Shown: one piece after another, positions 10,043-20,956 of the stretch | Position numbering within the stretch: position 1 is the first letter of the stretch | Layout of the letters: every line of letters starts with the position of its first letter | DNA from: Bacteroidia bacterium | GTDB lineage: Bacteria; Bacteroidota; Bacteroidia; Cytophagales; Cyclobacteriaceae | Length of the DNA: 64,000 nucleotides | Assembly: GCA_964202605.1 (NCBI GenBank) | Contig: CAXNJN010000007.1 | Location: 543-64,542, forward strand | Direction: 5' to 3' | Program-made: the position numbers and the translations under genes | Notes under the pieces: generated by a model | What the model saw: the letters and a program-made list of their open reading frames with translations, nothing else | Told to the model about the DNA's origin: nothing | Databases searched by the model: none

Positions 10043-10858
10043 CTAAAGATTGGACTCTTTTTTTTGGGTCTGTTGCAGGTAGTTTACGGTGGATTCGATG
10101 AGTTGTCCATGTCCTACAGGAAGTTGAACGAGTTTTAGCTGCGGAACTTTGGAGGTAAATCGTTCTAGATTTTTTGGGGATACCATGCGGTCAAACTCTC
10201 CTAAAAATACAGTTACGGGAATGGGATGCTGCCGCAGTTGCCGGATGATGGTTCCTAATTGCAGGTGGAGGCCGCCTAGCACCTTCCAAACTAGGCAGGC
10301 TTGCGCTCTTTTGGAGCGGGTTTCGAGTTGGGTTCTGACAAACTTTACCAGGCTTTTCTGCAGCAGTCCGGCTGTTTTGAGGCCATCGACTACAGTAAAA
10401 AATCGCTGTGGCCGAAAGACGACCTGTTTGAATAGTGGGTGAATGCCACTGGGATAGTTGCTCATGCTGTACCAAAGACCCGTTTTGATGCCGTCGGGAG
10501 CTAGGAGGCTTAGGCTGCTGATCCGCTCGGGGAGCAACTCATAACTGAGCAAGGCAAATTTGCCTCCCATGCTGTAGCCCACCAAATGAAAGGTGTCGAT
10601 GGACTCTTGCTGGAGTAGGGATAGCAGGATTGCTTTCCATTCCTCTTTTTTAAGTGCTTTTTCGGAGGTGTTCCAGCTGCTTTGGCCGTGGTAGATTAGG
10701 TCAACAAAAAGGTAGCGCTGCTTTGATGTTCGGAGTTTATCAAATGCGAGTAGGTCCTGGTGGCGCTGGCCAAAGCCATGGAAGAATATCCAGACTTCCG
10801 AACCGTTGCCGAAGCTGCGGTAGGCTAGTTTACCAGTTGCGTGCCTGACATATTCCAT
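10043..10858 (-). CDS. Alpha/beta hydrolase
   Basis: FFHGFG, GYSMGG nucleophile elbow, C-terminal Asp/His. Confidence 0.88.
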   Translation of the reverse strand: MEYVRHATGKLAYRSFGNGSEVWIFFHGFGQRHQDLLAFDKLRTSKQRYLFVDLIYHGQSSWNTSEKALKKEEWKAILLSLLQQESIDTFHLVGYSMGGKFALLSYELLPERISSLSLLAPDGIKTGLWYSMSNYPSGIHPLFKQVVFRPQRFFTVVDGLKTAGLLQKSLVKFVRTQLETRSKRAQACLVWKVLGGLHLQLGTIIRQLRQHPIPVTVFLGEFDRMVSPKNLERFTSKVPQLKLVQLPVGHGQLIESTVNYLQQTQKKESNL

Positions 10859-11023
10859 AAGGGCAAAATTAACTTTTGTAAAAAGGATTTTCTAGAAAAT
10901 AATTAATAAATAATTTTACTGCTTTAAAAAAATATATTTGTTTTTTATCAGATAATCAATCAAATATTCTTAAAAAAGATAATAATGTAGTCCATTTTGA
11001 AATAATATTTTAAAAAAAACCAT

Positions 11024-11051
11024 GGAAACTTTAAACAGAAAAATAGTTTCC
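11024..11051. promoter_or_regulatory. Putative TetR operator (GGAAACT-N14-AGTTTCC)
   Basis: Perfect 7-bp inverted repeat 30 bp upstream of the tetR start. Confidence 0.55.
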
Positions 11052-11080
11052 GTAGTTTTACCCTTCAAATAAATAGAGTA

Positions 11081-11689
11081 GTGGAGACAAGGCAACGAAT
11101 TTTAGAGATAGCTACGGAGCAGTTTGCACGATTTGGAGTGCGTACGTTTACGATGGAGGACCTGGCTAGGCAGGCGGGGATTTCTAAAAAGACCATTTAT
11201 CAAGAGTTTGAAGACAAGAAAGATTTAGTGAAGGCTGTATTTGCTGCCATTTTAGAAGAAGATCAGCAGAAGCTTTCCTTTATCCTAGAACAGGGGGATG
11301 GAGTCATCGAGCACTTGGTGAAGACTTCTCGCATGATGCGTGACCGCTTGACTTCTATCAATCCACTTGTAATCCTAGAAGTACAGAAATATTTTCCAGA
11401 GGCCTGGAAGCTTTTTGAATCTTTTAAGGATCAAACGATTCAAAAAGACTTGGTCAACGTATTGGAACTTGGAAAACAGCTTGGGTATTTCCGACCTGAA
11501 ATTGACTCTCGAATTCTTGCTAAAGTTCGCCTAACTCAAATTACTACTGCCTTTGATCCGAAAAATTTTGCAGATCCCGAATACAATCTGCTTGAGGAGC
11601 AACTGGTAATTCTAGACCACTTTCTTCATGGCATTTTTACAGAGAAGGGAAGACAAGCATTTTTAGTACAAAAAGACCTATTGAATTAA
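11081..11689 (+). CDS. TetR/AcrR family regulator
   Basis: N-terminal HTH TMEDLARQAGISKKTIYQEF; first gene of an efflux operon. Confidence 0.92.
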   Translation: METRQRILEIATEQFARFGVRTFTMEDLARQAGISKKTIYQEFEDKKDLVKAVFAAILEEDQQKLSFILEQGDGVIEHLVKTSRMMRDRLTSINPLVILEVQKYFPEAWKLFESFKDQTIQKDLVNVLELGKQLGYFRPEIDSRILAKVRLTQITTAFDPKNFADPEYNLLEEQLVILDHFLHGIFTEKGRQAFLVQKDLLN

Positions 11690-11701
11690 ACCAACTAGTA
11701 T

Positions 11702-13060
11702 ATGAAAAACTACCTTCTCCTAGCGCTCTTTTTAGGGCTTAGTGGTACTCCTGTTGCAGCGCAGCAGGTAGTTACCCTTAGTCTCTCTGAAGCAGTAGAC
11801 TATGCCTTGGAAAATAATCCGGCTACTAAAAATGCCCGATTGGAACTCCTCATTTCCAAGGCTACGATTAAGGAAACATTTGCCCGAGGCCTGCCTCAGA
11901 TCAATGGGGCTTACAATTTGGATTACAATCCCAAAATTCCAGTGATTTTTCTTCCAAATCAGCCTCCATTTGGAGATCCGTCAAATCCTAGTGATGTGAT
12001 TCCTGCTCGATTTGGAGTGAGTTATTCCTCTGGTCTCGGGGTAACAGTCAGCCAAATGATCTTTGATGGTTCCTTTTTTGTAGGCCTACGCGCGTCCAAA
12101 ACCCTCCTGGAATTGACTAATAAGGATCTGAAGAAGGCAGAAATTGATGTAGTGGAGAACGTGAAGAAGGCGTATTTTGGGGTTTTGGTTAACCAGCAGC
12201 GAATTCGTCTTGCAGGAGCCAATTTGTCCCGTATCGATACCCTGCTTAAAGAAACTACTGCACTCAATGAAGCGGGATTTGTGGAGAAAATAGATGTCTC
12301 TCGAGTTCAGGTCCAGCGCAACAATACCTTTACACAGTTTCAGCGTAGCCAAACGGCCTTAGAAATTAGCAAACAAATCTTGAAGCTACAGTTGGGTATC
12401 CCCGCAGAATATGAGGTAGAGTTGGTAGAAACCTTGCAAGATTTGTCTACCAAGGAGGCGCTTATTCAATTATTAGGGGAAGAGGGATCCGACCGCATTG
12501 AAATTGAACAGGTTGCTACGCAAATCACGCTAGTGGGCCTAGACCTAAAAAATAATGTCAGCCAGTACATGCCAAAAATTGATTTTATAGGAAATACGCG
12601 TAAAAGCGGGGCAGGCAATGAGCTGGACAGAGTCTTTAACAAATCCAACTGGTTTGGTAGCTCCTTGGTGGGCCTAAACATGTCGATTCCCATTTTTGAT
12701 GGATTTTCCAAGGCTGCTCGAATTCAAAAAAATCGTGTTCAGCTCACCCAACTTGAAAACCAACGCTCGTTTTTGAAAGAATCCTTTAATAGCGAATTGT
12801 ATGCAGCCAAAGCAAATCTTCGCAACGATTTGAATATCCTCGAGGTGCAAGAAGCCAATTTGCAATTGGCCACAGAGGTCTACCAAATTGCGCGTATTAA
12901 ATACAAAGAGGGGATTGGCTCCAACCTCGAAGTGGTGAATGCCGATGCCGCTTTGATTGAAGCAGAAATCAATTACCTAGGAGCACTCTACGATGGATTG
13001 ATTTCAAAAATAAATCTTGAAAAAGCCCTTGGGGTATTGCAGCCTGATTTGACTAACTAA
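11702..13060 (+). CDS. TolC family outer membrane protein
   Basis: Signal peptide, LSLSEAVDYALENN, IPIFDGF and YKEGIGSNLEV; operon context. Confidence 0.9.
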   Translation: MKNYLLLALFLGLSGTPVAAQQVVTLSLSEAVDYALENNPATKNARLELLISKATIKETFARGLPQINGAYNLDYNPKIPVIFLPNQPPFGDPSNPSDVIPARFGVSYSSGLGVTVSQMIFDGSFFVGLRASKTLLELTNKDLKKAEIDVVENVKKAYFGVLVNQQRIRLAGANLSRIDTLLKETTALNEAGFVEKIDVSRVQVQRNNTFTQFQRSQTALEISKQILKLQLGIPAEYEVELVETLQDLSTKEALIQLLGEEGSDRIEIEQVATQITLVGLDLKNNVSQYMPKIDFIGNTRKSGAGNELDRVFNKSNWFGSSLVGLNMSIPIFDGFSKAARIQKNRVQLTQLENQRSFLKESFNSELYAAKANLRNDLNILEVQEANLQLATEVYQIARIKYKEGIGSNLEVVNADAALIEAEINYLGALYDGLISKINLEKALGVLQPDLTN

Positions 13061-13089
13061 ACCAACATTTTCATTTATTACTCATTCCC

Positions 13090-14220
13090 ATGAAATCACT
13101 ACTAACCTATGCCTCTTTACTACTCCTTTCCTTTGGAGTAGCCTCTTGCACAGGCAACGACCTTGATGCAAAGAAAGCTGAATTGGAAGGCTTAAAAAGT
13201 CAACTTTCAGAAATTACTACTCAAATCAAAGCCTTGGAAGCAGAGCTAATTGCAGCTGATCCAGCCTTTGCTGCTGCAGCCAAAAAGTCCTTGCTGATTA
13301 CGACTGTGGCTGCTAAAAAGGGAGAATTCACCCACTTTGTGGAAGTTACCGGCTCAGTGCTCTCCAAGAAAAATGTCAATATAAGCGCCGAAACAGGGGG
13401 TAGAATCCTTGATATCCCTGCTATTGAAGGAATGCGGATGAGCAAAGGGCAGGTGCTTGCCAAAATTGATTCCGAATCGATGCAACGAAGCCTTGAGGAG
13501 TTGGAGAATAACCTCTCCCTTGCGCGTACCGTTTTTGAAAAGCAGGAGCGCCTTTGGAACCAAAAAATCGGTACAGAAATCCAGTACTTGGAGGCGAAAA
13601 GTCGAAAAGAGGGATTGGAAAAAAGTCTAGCCTCTTTGCGAACTCAAATGGCTAAAGCTGCGGTTCGGGCTCCATTCAATGGTACCGTTGAAACAGTTCG
13701 CGTTCGCGTAGGTGAATTGGTGCAACCCGGTTCACAGATGTTTCAATTTGTAGGTGAGAGCGATTTATTTATCGAAGCAGACATTTCTGAAAGTTATATT
13801 GGGGTATTGGCAAAGGGCGATTCAGTAGAAATTACCTTCCCTTCCATCAAAAAAACCATCACTACCAAGGTGTCTGCTACGGGGTCCATTATCAATCCCA
13901 ACAACCGCACTTTCAAGGTGGAGGTGTTTCTTCCTAGCCTTCCAGAGGTGAAGCCCAATATGATTTCCATATTGAAGATACAGGATTATAAAAACAAGGA
14001 GAGCGTTATCGTTCCATCCCACTTGATTTTGGCCGATACCAAAGGAGACTACCTGTTTGCAGTTGAAAATGGGGTAGCAAAGAAAAAATACGTGACCCGT
14101 GGCTATACCTCAGGGGATCAAACAGAAATCGTTGAAGGCCTGGTGGGTACAGAAATGCTTGTAGACAAAGGATTCCGTGAGGTGGGAGATAATTTTAGTG
14201 TGAACGTAGCGAAGCAGTAA
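13090..14220 (+). CDS. RND efflux periplasmic adaptor (lipoprotein)
   Basis: Lipobox VASC, RAPFNGTV, NRTFKVEV. Confidence 0.92.
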   Translation: MKSLLTYASLLLLSFGVASCTGNDLDAKKAELEGLKSQLSEITTQIKALEAELIAADPAFAAAAKKSLLITTVAAKKGEFTHFVEVTGSVLSKKNVNISAETGGRILDIPAIEGMRMSKGQVLAKIDSESMQRSLEELENNLSLARTVFEKQERLWNQKIGTEIQYLEAKSRKEGLEKSLASLRTQMAKAAVRAPFNGTVETVRVRVGELVQPGSQMFQFVGESDLFIEADISESYIGVLAKGDSVEITFPSIKKTITTKVSATGSIINPNNRTFKVEVFLPSLPEVKPNMISILKIQDYKNKESVIVPSHLILADTKGDYLFAVENGVAKKKYVTRGYTSGDQTEIVEGLVGTEMLVDKGFREVGDNFSVNVAKQ

Positions 14221-14222
14221 TC

Positions 14223-17200
14223 ATGGATACCCCTCAAAAATCAAAAACGATCCGAGAGTTTGGACTGTCCAGCTTTAGCGTGGAAAACTCCACTTCGGTC
14301 ATCATCCTAACGCTAATCATCACGGTGCTTGGATTGGGTGCTTACCGTACCATGCCCAAGGAAAGTTTCCCAGAGATTGTCATTCCGACTGTCTATGTAG
14401 GTACGCCTTATCCAGGCAACTCGCCTGTGGACATGGAGAACTTGATCACCAGACCTATTGAAAAGCAGTTGAAATCCTTGAATAATGTCAAGAATATCAA
14501 ATCTACTTCGGTACAGGACTTTTCCTCCATTGTGGTCGAGTTTACCCCTGGAGTAGAGCTTGCCAAAGCCATCCAAGATGTAAAAGATGCGGTAGACAAA
14601 TCAAAAAGCGAATTGCCAACTGACCTGGATCAGGAACCCAATGTCTTGGAGGTAAACACCTCCGACTTTCCAATCATGAACGTCAACATCTCTGGTCCTT
14701 ATTCAGAGCAGGAATTGAAGCGCTATGGGGAATACTTAGAGGATGCGATTGAGAAGCTACCGGAAATTTCCAAGGCAGACCTTGCAGGGACCATCGAGCG
14801 TGAGATTCAAATCAACGTGGACCCCTACAAAATGGAGTCTGTTGGCGTAAGTTTTAACGACATATCTGGGGCAATCCAAACAGAAAATATGACTGTTTCT
14901 GGAGGAAGTATTAAAAGCGGTGATTTTGAACGCACGCTTCGCGTTGATGGAGAATTTACCAATCCAGAAGACCTTCTAAATATTGTAGTCAAAACGGATC
15001 AGCAGAAGATTGTGTATTTGAAAGATGTAGCCGAGATCAAGGATACCTTCAAAGACAGGACTTCTTATGCACGCAGCAAAAATCTTCCAGTAATCACGAT
15101 CAACGTGACCAAGCGAAGTGGGGAAAACCTGCTGGATGCTGCGGATAAAATCAAGGAAATCATTGAGACTACGAAAGCCAATCGCTTTCCAGAGAATTTA
15201 GAGATTTCAATTACCAATGATCAAAGTAAGCAAACTCGAATTCAGGTAAGTGATTTGGAGAACTCCATTATTTTTGGAATCATCCTGGTGGTCTTGGTAT
15301 TGATGTTTTTCATGGGCTTCCGAAATGCACTTTTCGTGGGTTCAGCCATTCCATTATCCATGTTTATCTCCTTTTTGGTGCTTGATTCCTTTGGAATTAC
15401 GCTCAATTTGATGGTGCTCTTTTCACTTATCCTTGCATTGGGGATGCTGGTGGACAATGGTATTGTAGTGGTAGAAAATATTTACCGCATGATGCAGGAA
15501 GGCAAGCCGGCCGTTCAAGCGGCTAAAGAAGGTGTGGGCGAGGTAGCTTGGCCGATCATTACCTCAACCCTCACAACTCTAGCAGCATTTCTTCCCCTTG
15601 CTTTTTGGGATGATTTGGTTGGGGAATTCATGAAGTACCTGCCAATCACCCTTATCATTGTACTATCTGCTTCTTTGTTTGTGGCATTGGTTATCAATCC
15701 GGTGTTGACAGCCATGTTCATGAAGATCGAAGACATGACTCAGGAGAAGCCGAAGCAAGGATCGCTTCGTGCTGCTGGCTTTTTCGGTTTAATTTCAATC
15801 GTTTTTTACTTGGTGGGATGGAACTCGCTGGGCTCCTTGTCCATCGTAACTTCAGTCCTAATTTTAGTCTACGTGTACTTCTTGCGTAAAGCAGTAGGCT
15901 GGTTTCAATCCGTTTATTTGGTACGAATGGAGAATGCATACGAAAGGTTACTGACCTATTCATTGAAGGGGAAGAAACCGATTGCCATTCTCGGAGGCAC
16001 ATTTTTGCTTTTGATCTTCTCGATTGTCTTGCTGGGTATCAGTTCACCCAAGGTGCTTTTCTTTCCCGACAATCAGCCACAGTTGGTCAATGTGTTCATT
16101 GAGTTTCCAATTGGCACAAGTATCGAAGCTACCAATGCCTTTGTCGATAAGATGGAGGATGAGATGATGACTGAATTAAAGTCTTATGGAGGTATTTTGG
16201 AGTCAGTGATCACGCAAGTGGGAGAAGGTACTGGTGACCCTACGCAAGGACCAAGTATCCAGTCTACCCCTCATAAAGCAAAAATCACGATTGGATTTGT
16301 CGATTACATCGATCGTCAAGGAATTGATACCAACGAGGCCATGGAGGTGATCCGGGAACTTGCAAAAGTATACCCAGGGGTGTTGATTACAGTGGATAAG
16401 CAGCAAAATGGCCCTCCAGTAGGAAATCCGGTCAATATCGAGTTTGTAGGGGAAGATTACGAGCAATTGATTGCCTTTGTGGAGGACACGAAGGGGTACT
16501 TGGAATCGAATTCAATTCCAGGGCTTGAAGAATTGAAGACTGATCTTTCGCTGGGAAGCCCTGAAGTAGTGGTTCGTATCGATCGTGAAAAGGCCAGAAG
16601 ATTTGGATTGTCAACTTCCAGCATAGCGATGGAATTACGAACCTCTCTATTTGGACTTGAGGTGTCAAAGTACAAGGAAGGGGAAGAAGACTACCCTATT
16701 TTCCTTCGATTGAATGAAAATTCCCGCTACGACATCAATACGTTGGTTAACAAGAAAATTGGGTTTAGAGACAAGTTTGGTGATAAAAGAGAAGTACCAA
16801 TTTCTGCAGTAGCAGACATTCAGTATGGGTCTACCTATGGATCCGTGAAAAGAAAAGACTCTGAAAAAGTTGTCAGTATGTTTTCTAACGTCTTGGATGG
16901 AGCCAATCCTACCGAGATCAATGCGCAAATCAAAGACCTGATGGCGGCCTATCCAGTGCCAGAAGGAATCACGGTCAAGTATACCGGTGAGCAAGAAGAG
17001 CAGGCCAAGTCACAAGCTTTCCTTTTGAGGGCATTGGCAATAGCCGTTTCTATGATTTTCTTGATCATCGTAGCACAGTTCAACTCTGTGATCAGCCCCT
17101 TTATAATCATGACCTCTGTACTTTTCAGTACGATCGGCGTGTTCTTGGGTTTGGTGATCTTTAACATGGACTTTGTTGTCATCATGACCGGTATTGGAAT

Positions 17201-17618
17201 TATTTCCTTGGCGGGTGTCGTGGTAAACAATGCGATTGTATTGATTGATTACACCGATTTGGTTCGAGCAAGAAAGCGAGAGGAATTGGGTATCCAAAAA
17301 GGAAATTACCTAGCACTTCCAGATTTGTTGGCGAGTATCGTAGAGGCAGGAAAAACAAGACTTCGTCCTGTACTATTGACTGCCATCACGACGGTCCTAG
17401 GATTGATCCCGTTGGCCATCGGAATGAACATTAATTTCGCAACCTTACTCAGCGAATTTGACCCTCAGTTCTATGTAGGAGGCGATAATGCAGCCTTCTG
17501 GGGACCGATGGCATGGACCGTAATATTTGGGTTAACCTTTGCGACGGTCATTACGTTAGTACTAGTTCCAGTGATGTATTTGCTTACCGATAAACTTGCT
17601 ATCAAGCTTCGTAGGTAA
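14223..17618 (+). CDS. RND efflux permease (AcrB/AcrD/AcrF family)
   Basis: GMLVDNGIVVVENI, GVVVNNAIVLID and RLRPVLLT; 1131 aa. Confidence 0.95.
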   Translation: MDTPQKSKTIREFGLSSFSVENSTSVIILTLIITVLGLGAYRTMPKESFPEIVIPTVYVGTPYPGNSPVDMENLITRPIEKQLKSLNNVKNIKSTSVQDFSSIVVEFTPGVELAKAIQDVKDAVDKSKSELPTDLDQEPNVLEVNTSDFPIMNVNISGPYSEQELKRYGEYLEDAIEKLPEISKADLAGTIEREIQINVDPYKMESVGVSFNDISGAIQTENMTVSGGSIKSGDFERTLRVDGEFTNPEDLLNIVVKTDQQKIVYLKDVAEIKDTFKDRTSYARSKNLPVITINVTKRSGENLLDAADKIKEIIETTKANRFPENLEISITNDQSKQTRIQVSDLENSIIFGIILVVLVLMFFMGFRNALFVGSAIPLSMFISFLVLDSFGITLNLMVLFSLILALGMLVDNGIVVVENIYRMMQEGKPAVQAAKEGVGEVAWPIITSTLTTLAAFLPLAFWDDLVGEFMKYLPITLIIVLSASLFVALVINPVLTAMFMKIEDMTQEKPKQGSLRAAGFFGLISIVFYLVGWNSLGSLSIVTSVLILVYVYFLRKAVGWFQSVYLVRMENAYERLLTYSLKGKKPIAILGGTFLLLIFSIVLLGISSPKVLFFPDNQPQLVNVFIEFPIGTSIEATNAFVDKMEDEMMTELKSYGGILESVITQVGEGTGDPTQGPSIQSTPHKAKITIGFVDYIDRQGIDTNEAMEVIRELAKVYPGVLITVDKQQNGPPVGNPVNIEFVGEDYEQLIAFVEDTKGYLESNSIPGLEELKTDLSLGSPEVVVRIDREKARRFGLSTSSIAMELRTSLFGLEVSKYKEGEEDYPIFLRLNENSRYDINTLVNKKIGFRDKFGDKREVPISAVADIQYGSTYGSVKRKDSEKVVSMFSNVLDGANPTEINAQIKDLMAAYPVPEGITVKYTGEQEEQAKSQAFLLRALAIAVSMIFLIIVAQFNSVISPFIIMTSVLFSTIGVFLGLVIFNMDFVVIMTGIGIISLAGVVVNNAIVLIDYTDLVRARKREELGIQKGNYLALPDLLASIVEAGKTRLRPVLLTAITTVLGLIPLAIGMNINFATLLSEFDPQFYVGGDNAAFWGPMAWTVIFGLTFATVITLVLVPVMYLLTDKLAIKLRR

Positions 17619-17652
17619 TACATCCCGGTTTAGGTTGGTGGTTTTTTTGATC

Positions 17653-17684
17653 AAACCCTTGGAACATTGTTCCAGGGGTTTTTT
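17653..17684 (+). terminator. Intrinsic terminator after the RND operon
   Basis: aaacccttggaac-att-gttccaggggttt followed by a T run. Confidence 0.6.
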
Positions 17685-17745
17685 CGTTTATGTACTAAAA
17701 ACACAGCTATTTTTTTAAATTTGTCTCCCCATAGACCCAAAAGAG

Positions 17746-18261
17746 ATGCAAGAATTAAAATGGTATGTGATGTACACCCGGTCTCGGGCGGAAAAAAAAG
17801 TTGCCGACATGTTGGTGGAGGAAGGGGTAGAAGTGTACTTACCCATGGTGGAGGTACTGAGACAATGGTCTGACCGGAAAAAAAAGGTGCAGAAGGCATT
17901 ATTCAACGGCTATGTTTTTGTGAAAACCAATCGGAATAACCTTTGGAACTGCCTAAAAATTCCTGGAGCAGTGAAATTTGTTCACTTTTCCGGAGAGCAT
18001 GCGATCATTCGCGACGAGGATGTGGAAACGATTCAGCGAGTAGTGGCAACTGGAGTATCCATAGAAACGGATGGTTCGGCAATAAGCCCAGGAGAAAAAG
18101 TAAAAGTAATCGGTGGTTCACTGGAGGATATGATTGGGGAGTGTATTGAAAAAGGAAATAAAGATTACTTCCTAATTCGAATTCCCGGAATTTACCAAAA
18201 CTTGTTGGTGAGCATCCCACGTAAGTTTTTGCAGGTGATTGTGGCCCCAGAAACTGTTTAA
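17746..18261 (+). CDS. UpxY/NusG-family transcription antiterminator
   Basis: WYVMYTRSRAEKKV, RQWSDRKKKV..ALFNGYVFV; KOW-like GEKVKVIGG. Confidence 0.88.
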   Translation: MQELKWYVMYTRSRAEKKVADMLVEEGVEVYLPMVEVLRQWSDRKKKVQKALFNGYVFVKTNRNNLWNCLKIPGAVKFVHFSGEHAIIRDEDVETIQRVVATGVSIETDGSAISPGEKVKVIGGSLEDMIGECIEKGNKDYFLIRIPGIYQNLLVSIPRKFLQVIVAPETV

Positions 18262-18315
18262 TCGCTACCTAGAAGTTAATCTTGGTTTTTTTTCAACTCA
18301 GGATTGGGATTCGAC

Positions 18316-18504
18316 CTATAAGCCTTCAAAGGCTTTTTGCACCTCATCCTCGGTATTTCGGAGTTTTTCCCTACAAAATCTCACTAAGTCTGCAGCTTCT
18401 TTGACCAGTTCTGAGAGGGTGTCCACGGTAGCTGTTCCCTCCTCTAATTGAGCAAGAATTGTCTCCAATCGTTGCATGGCTTGGGTATAGGTATAGTCTT
18501 TCAT
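18316..18504 (-). CDS. xseB: Exodeoxyribonuclease VII small subunit
   Basis: YTQAMQRLETILAQLE...LVRFCREKL; overlaps the xseA stop. Confidence 0.9.
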   Translation of the reverse strand: MKDYTYTQAMQRLETILAQLEEGTATVDTLSELVKEAADLVRFCREKLRNTEDEVQKAFEGL

Positions 18505-19808
18505 TTTTTTTCAATTCGATTGATTGTACTACTAATTTTTTGATTGGAGGTATGGGTTACGATGGGATCTCCAGGTTCCAAGGTAGTCAAGTGTACGGGG
18601 ATCCCCTTGGATTCGGTGCGTGTATATCCCTTTTGTAGTAGACTGCTTGGATCCAACTGCCTGCTGCTGCTCTCTAGTTGCGTAAGTCTGTCCTGCTGGC
18701 TTTTCAAAAAATGCTGTAAACCTTTCTTCAACTGCTCCTGGCGCTGCTCAAGCCTATTTTTTTCCTGTTTTGCGCCATTCTTTCCAGCTTGCTGCATCCT
18801 CATACCCCAGTTTCTCAACTTTTCGGCTTCCCGAGCCAGCTGTGACTTACTCTCTCCTATGATTCGTAAGCTATACCCCTGAAGTTTTTGTCCCACTTCT
18901 TTGAAAGTGGATCGGGTGATCCAATCCAGTCTTTGGGCCATGACGCCCAAGCCCTCCTCAAATTCCCGAAAGCTGGAGAGAATAAATTCAGCAACAGCAG
19001 TGGGTGTTTTCAGCGGAGTATGTGCCACTAGATCAGCGATCGTTTCATCTCGTTCATGACCTATTCCTGTAAATAGAGGGAGAGGAAATTTGGCAATGGT
19101 GACTGCCAGTTGGTAGTCGTCAAAGCAGTCCAGGTCCAGCTGGGCCCCACCTCCCCGAATCAGTACCACAGCATCTAGCTGCAGACGCTCTGCTTGTTGC
19201 CCCACCTGTTCCAATGCGGCAATCAGGCTAGTAACTGCTTCATTTCCTTGCATGAGCGAAGGAAAAAGTCTGTGGTAGACGCGGTAGTGGTAGGGGTTTT
19301 CCTCAAGTTGATTGATAAAATCTCCGTATCCCGCTGCCGTGGCGCTTGAGATCACGGCAATACGCTGGATGACTGGAGGTAAGGGTAATTTGGCATTGTG
19401 TCCTATCCATCCTTCGTTACTGAGGCGGGCTATGGTTTCTTGTCGCAAACGAGCCCGCTCACCTAAGGAGAAAGAGGGGTCGATGTCTTTTACATTGAGG
19501 CTTAGGCCATAGACAGGGTGAAAGGTCACGCTCACCTGTGCTAAAACCTTCATTCCATTTTTGAGGGTAGTTCCGGTGACGGTTTCAAATTTGCTTGCAA
19601 CTGTCCGGTAGGTAAACTGCCAGAGATTGGCTCGAATTTTTGCTTGAACTTGGTTTCCTTGTTTTTCTACTAATTCAAAGTAGACATGACCTTGGGGCGC
19701 TTGTCGGAAATCCGACAGTTCACCCACTACCCAGTAGACCGGTTCGAGTTCCGTTTCCAGTACCCGCTGGATGTGCTCGGTGAGTTGAAGAACGGATAGT
19801 GAGGGCAT
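18501..19808 (-). CDS. xseA: Exodeoxyribonuclease VII large subunit
   Basis: GHVYFEL, IRGGG, TGIGHERD and TPTAVA motifs. Confidence 0.95.
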   Translation of the reverse strand: MPSLSVLQLTEHIQRVLETELEPVYWVVGELSDFRQAPQGHVYFELVEKQGNQVQAKIRANLWQFTYRTVASKFETVTGTTLKNGMKVLAQVSVTFHPVYGLSLNVKDIDPSFSLGERARLRQETIARLSNEGWIGHNAKLPLPPVIQRIAVISSATAAGYGDFINQLEENPYHYRVYHRLFPSLMQGNEAVTSLIAALEQVGQQAERLQLDAVVLIRGGGAQLDLDCFDDYQLAVTIAKFPLPLFTGIGHERDETIADLVAHTPLKTPTAVAEFILSSFREFEEGLGVMAQRLDWITRSTFKEVGQKLQGYSLRIIGESKSQLAREAEKLRNWGMRMQQAGKNGAKQEKNRLEQRQEQLKKGLQHFLKSQQDRLTQLESSSRQLDPSSLLQKGYTRTESKGIPVHLTTLEPGDPIVTHTSNQKISSTINRIEKK

Positions 19809-19812
19809 GGGT

Positions 19813-20673
19813 TTAGAGTGGTAGCGCTTGATGAATTTTATGGCTGAGTTCCTTACTTGCTCGAAGCAAGGGTAATCTTACCTGATCCGAGCTAAGAATG
19901 CCCTGGTGAAGTAAAAGATTTTTTAAACCAACGGGATTTCCTTCTTGGTACATCAGGCTATTCAGCTCCAAAAGGGAGTAGGCTGCTTCCAGGGAGGCTT
20001 TAGAATCGCCTTCAATCATGGTTTTAAACGTATCAGGCAGTGCATTAGCCAATACCGAAATCACCCCAGATCCTCCTATGCTTAGCATGGGCTTGGTGAG
20101 AAGGTCATCGCCGGAGAGGAGCAAAAAATCCTTCGGCATGGAAGCGGCGATCTGCATGCATTGCTCCAAGTTCCCACTTGCCTCCTTGATCCCTACAATA
20201 TTGGGGTGGTGTGAAAGTGTAAGCGTGGTGCTCGCAGTCAAGTTGGACATGGTGCGACCTGGAATGTTGTACAATACCAGCGGCGCTGGAGATGCATCTG
20301 CCAAGGCACGGTAATGCGCAATGATTCCTTCCTGTGTAGGTTTGTTGTAGTAGGGACTTACGGATAAAATTCCTGCGACTCCATAAAATTCAGTTGCTTC
20401 GATTTCATCCAGAAGCTTTTGGGTTGCATTGCCCCCAAGGCCAAGCATGAGGGGAACTCGCCCCTTGTTGTATTCCACTGCCGCTTTGAGCACCTGGGCC
20501 TTTTCCGATGCAGTGAGCGTTGCCGACTCACCCGTAGTCCCAAGCACGACCAGGTAGTCCACACCACCCGCTATTACATGGTCGATAAGGCGTTTTAAGC
20601 TTTCGAAATCGATGCTTTGGTCGTCTAGAAAGGGGGTGGCAAGTGCTACTCCAATACCTTTGAATGCGTTCAT
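19813..20673 (-). CDS. dapA: 4-hydroxy-tetrahydrodipicolinate synthase
   Basis: GTTGES, PYYNKP, YNIPGRT, GIKEA and SGDD motifs. Confidence 0.96.
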   Translation of the reverse strand: MNAFKGIGVALATPFLDDQSIDFESLKRLIDHVIAGGVDYLVVLGTTGESATLTASEKAQVLKAAVEYNKGRVPLMLGLGGNATQKLLDEIEATEFYGVAGILSVSPYYNKPTQEGIIAHYRALADASPAPLVLYNIPGRTMSNLTASTTLTLSHHPNIVGIKEASGNLEQCMQIAASMPKDFLLLSGDDLLTKPMLSIGGSGVISVLANALPDTFKTMIEGDSKASLEAAYSLLELNSLMYQEGNPVGLKNLLLHQGILSSDQVRLPLLRASKELSHKIHQALPL

Positions 20674-20956
20674 GGGAAAATGTTAAGGCCTAAGACAAAT
20701 ATACAGTCTTGACGGGGTTTTTAGTGAAAAGGAACAGTAAATACGGATGCGATTGGAAACCAAATTCAACCGCTATAACTTGAAATATTCCTACTTGTTT
20801 GGGTAATTTCCTGAACAGGGTGCATGGGCTTTGTAGGTTTAGCATTGTCATGCTTACCAAGCACATCGCCCTAATTTTTTTTGAAAATCGGCAAACAAGT
20901 AAAACAAGAACTATATTAAGTTAGATTTATACTTGTAAAGTCCTTTTTTTCTTTCT

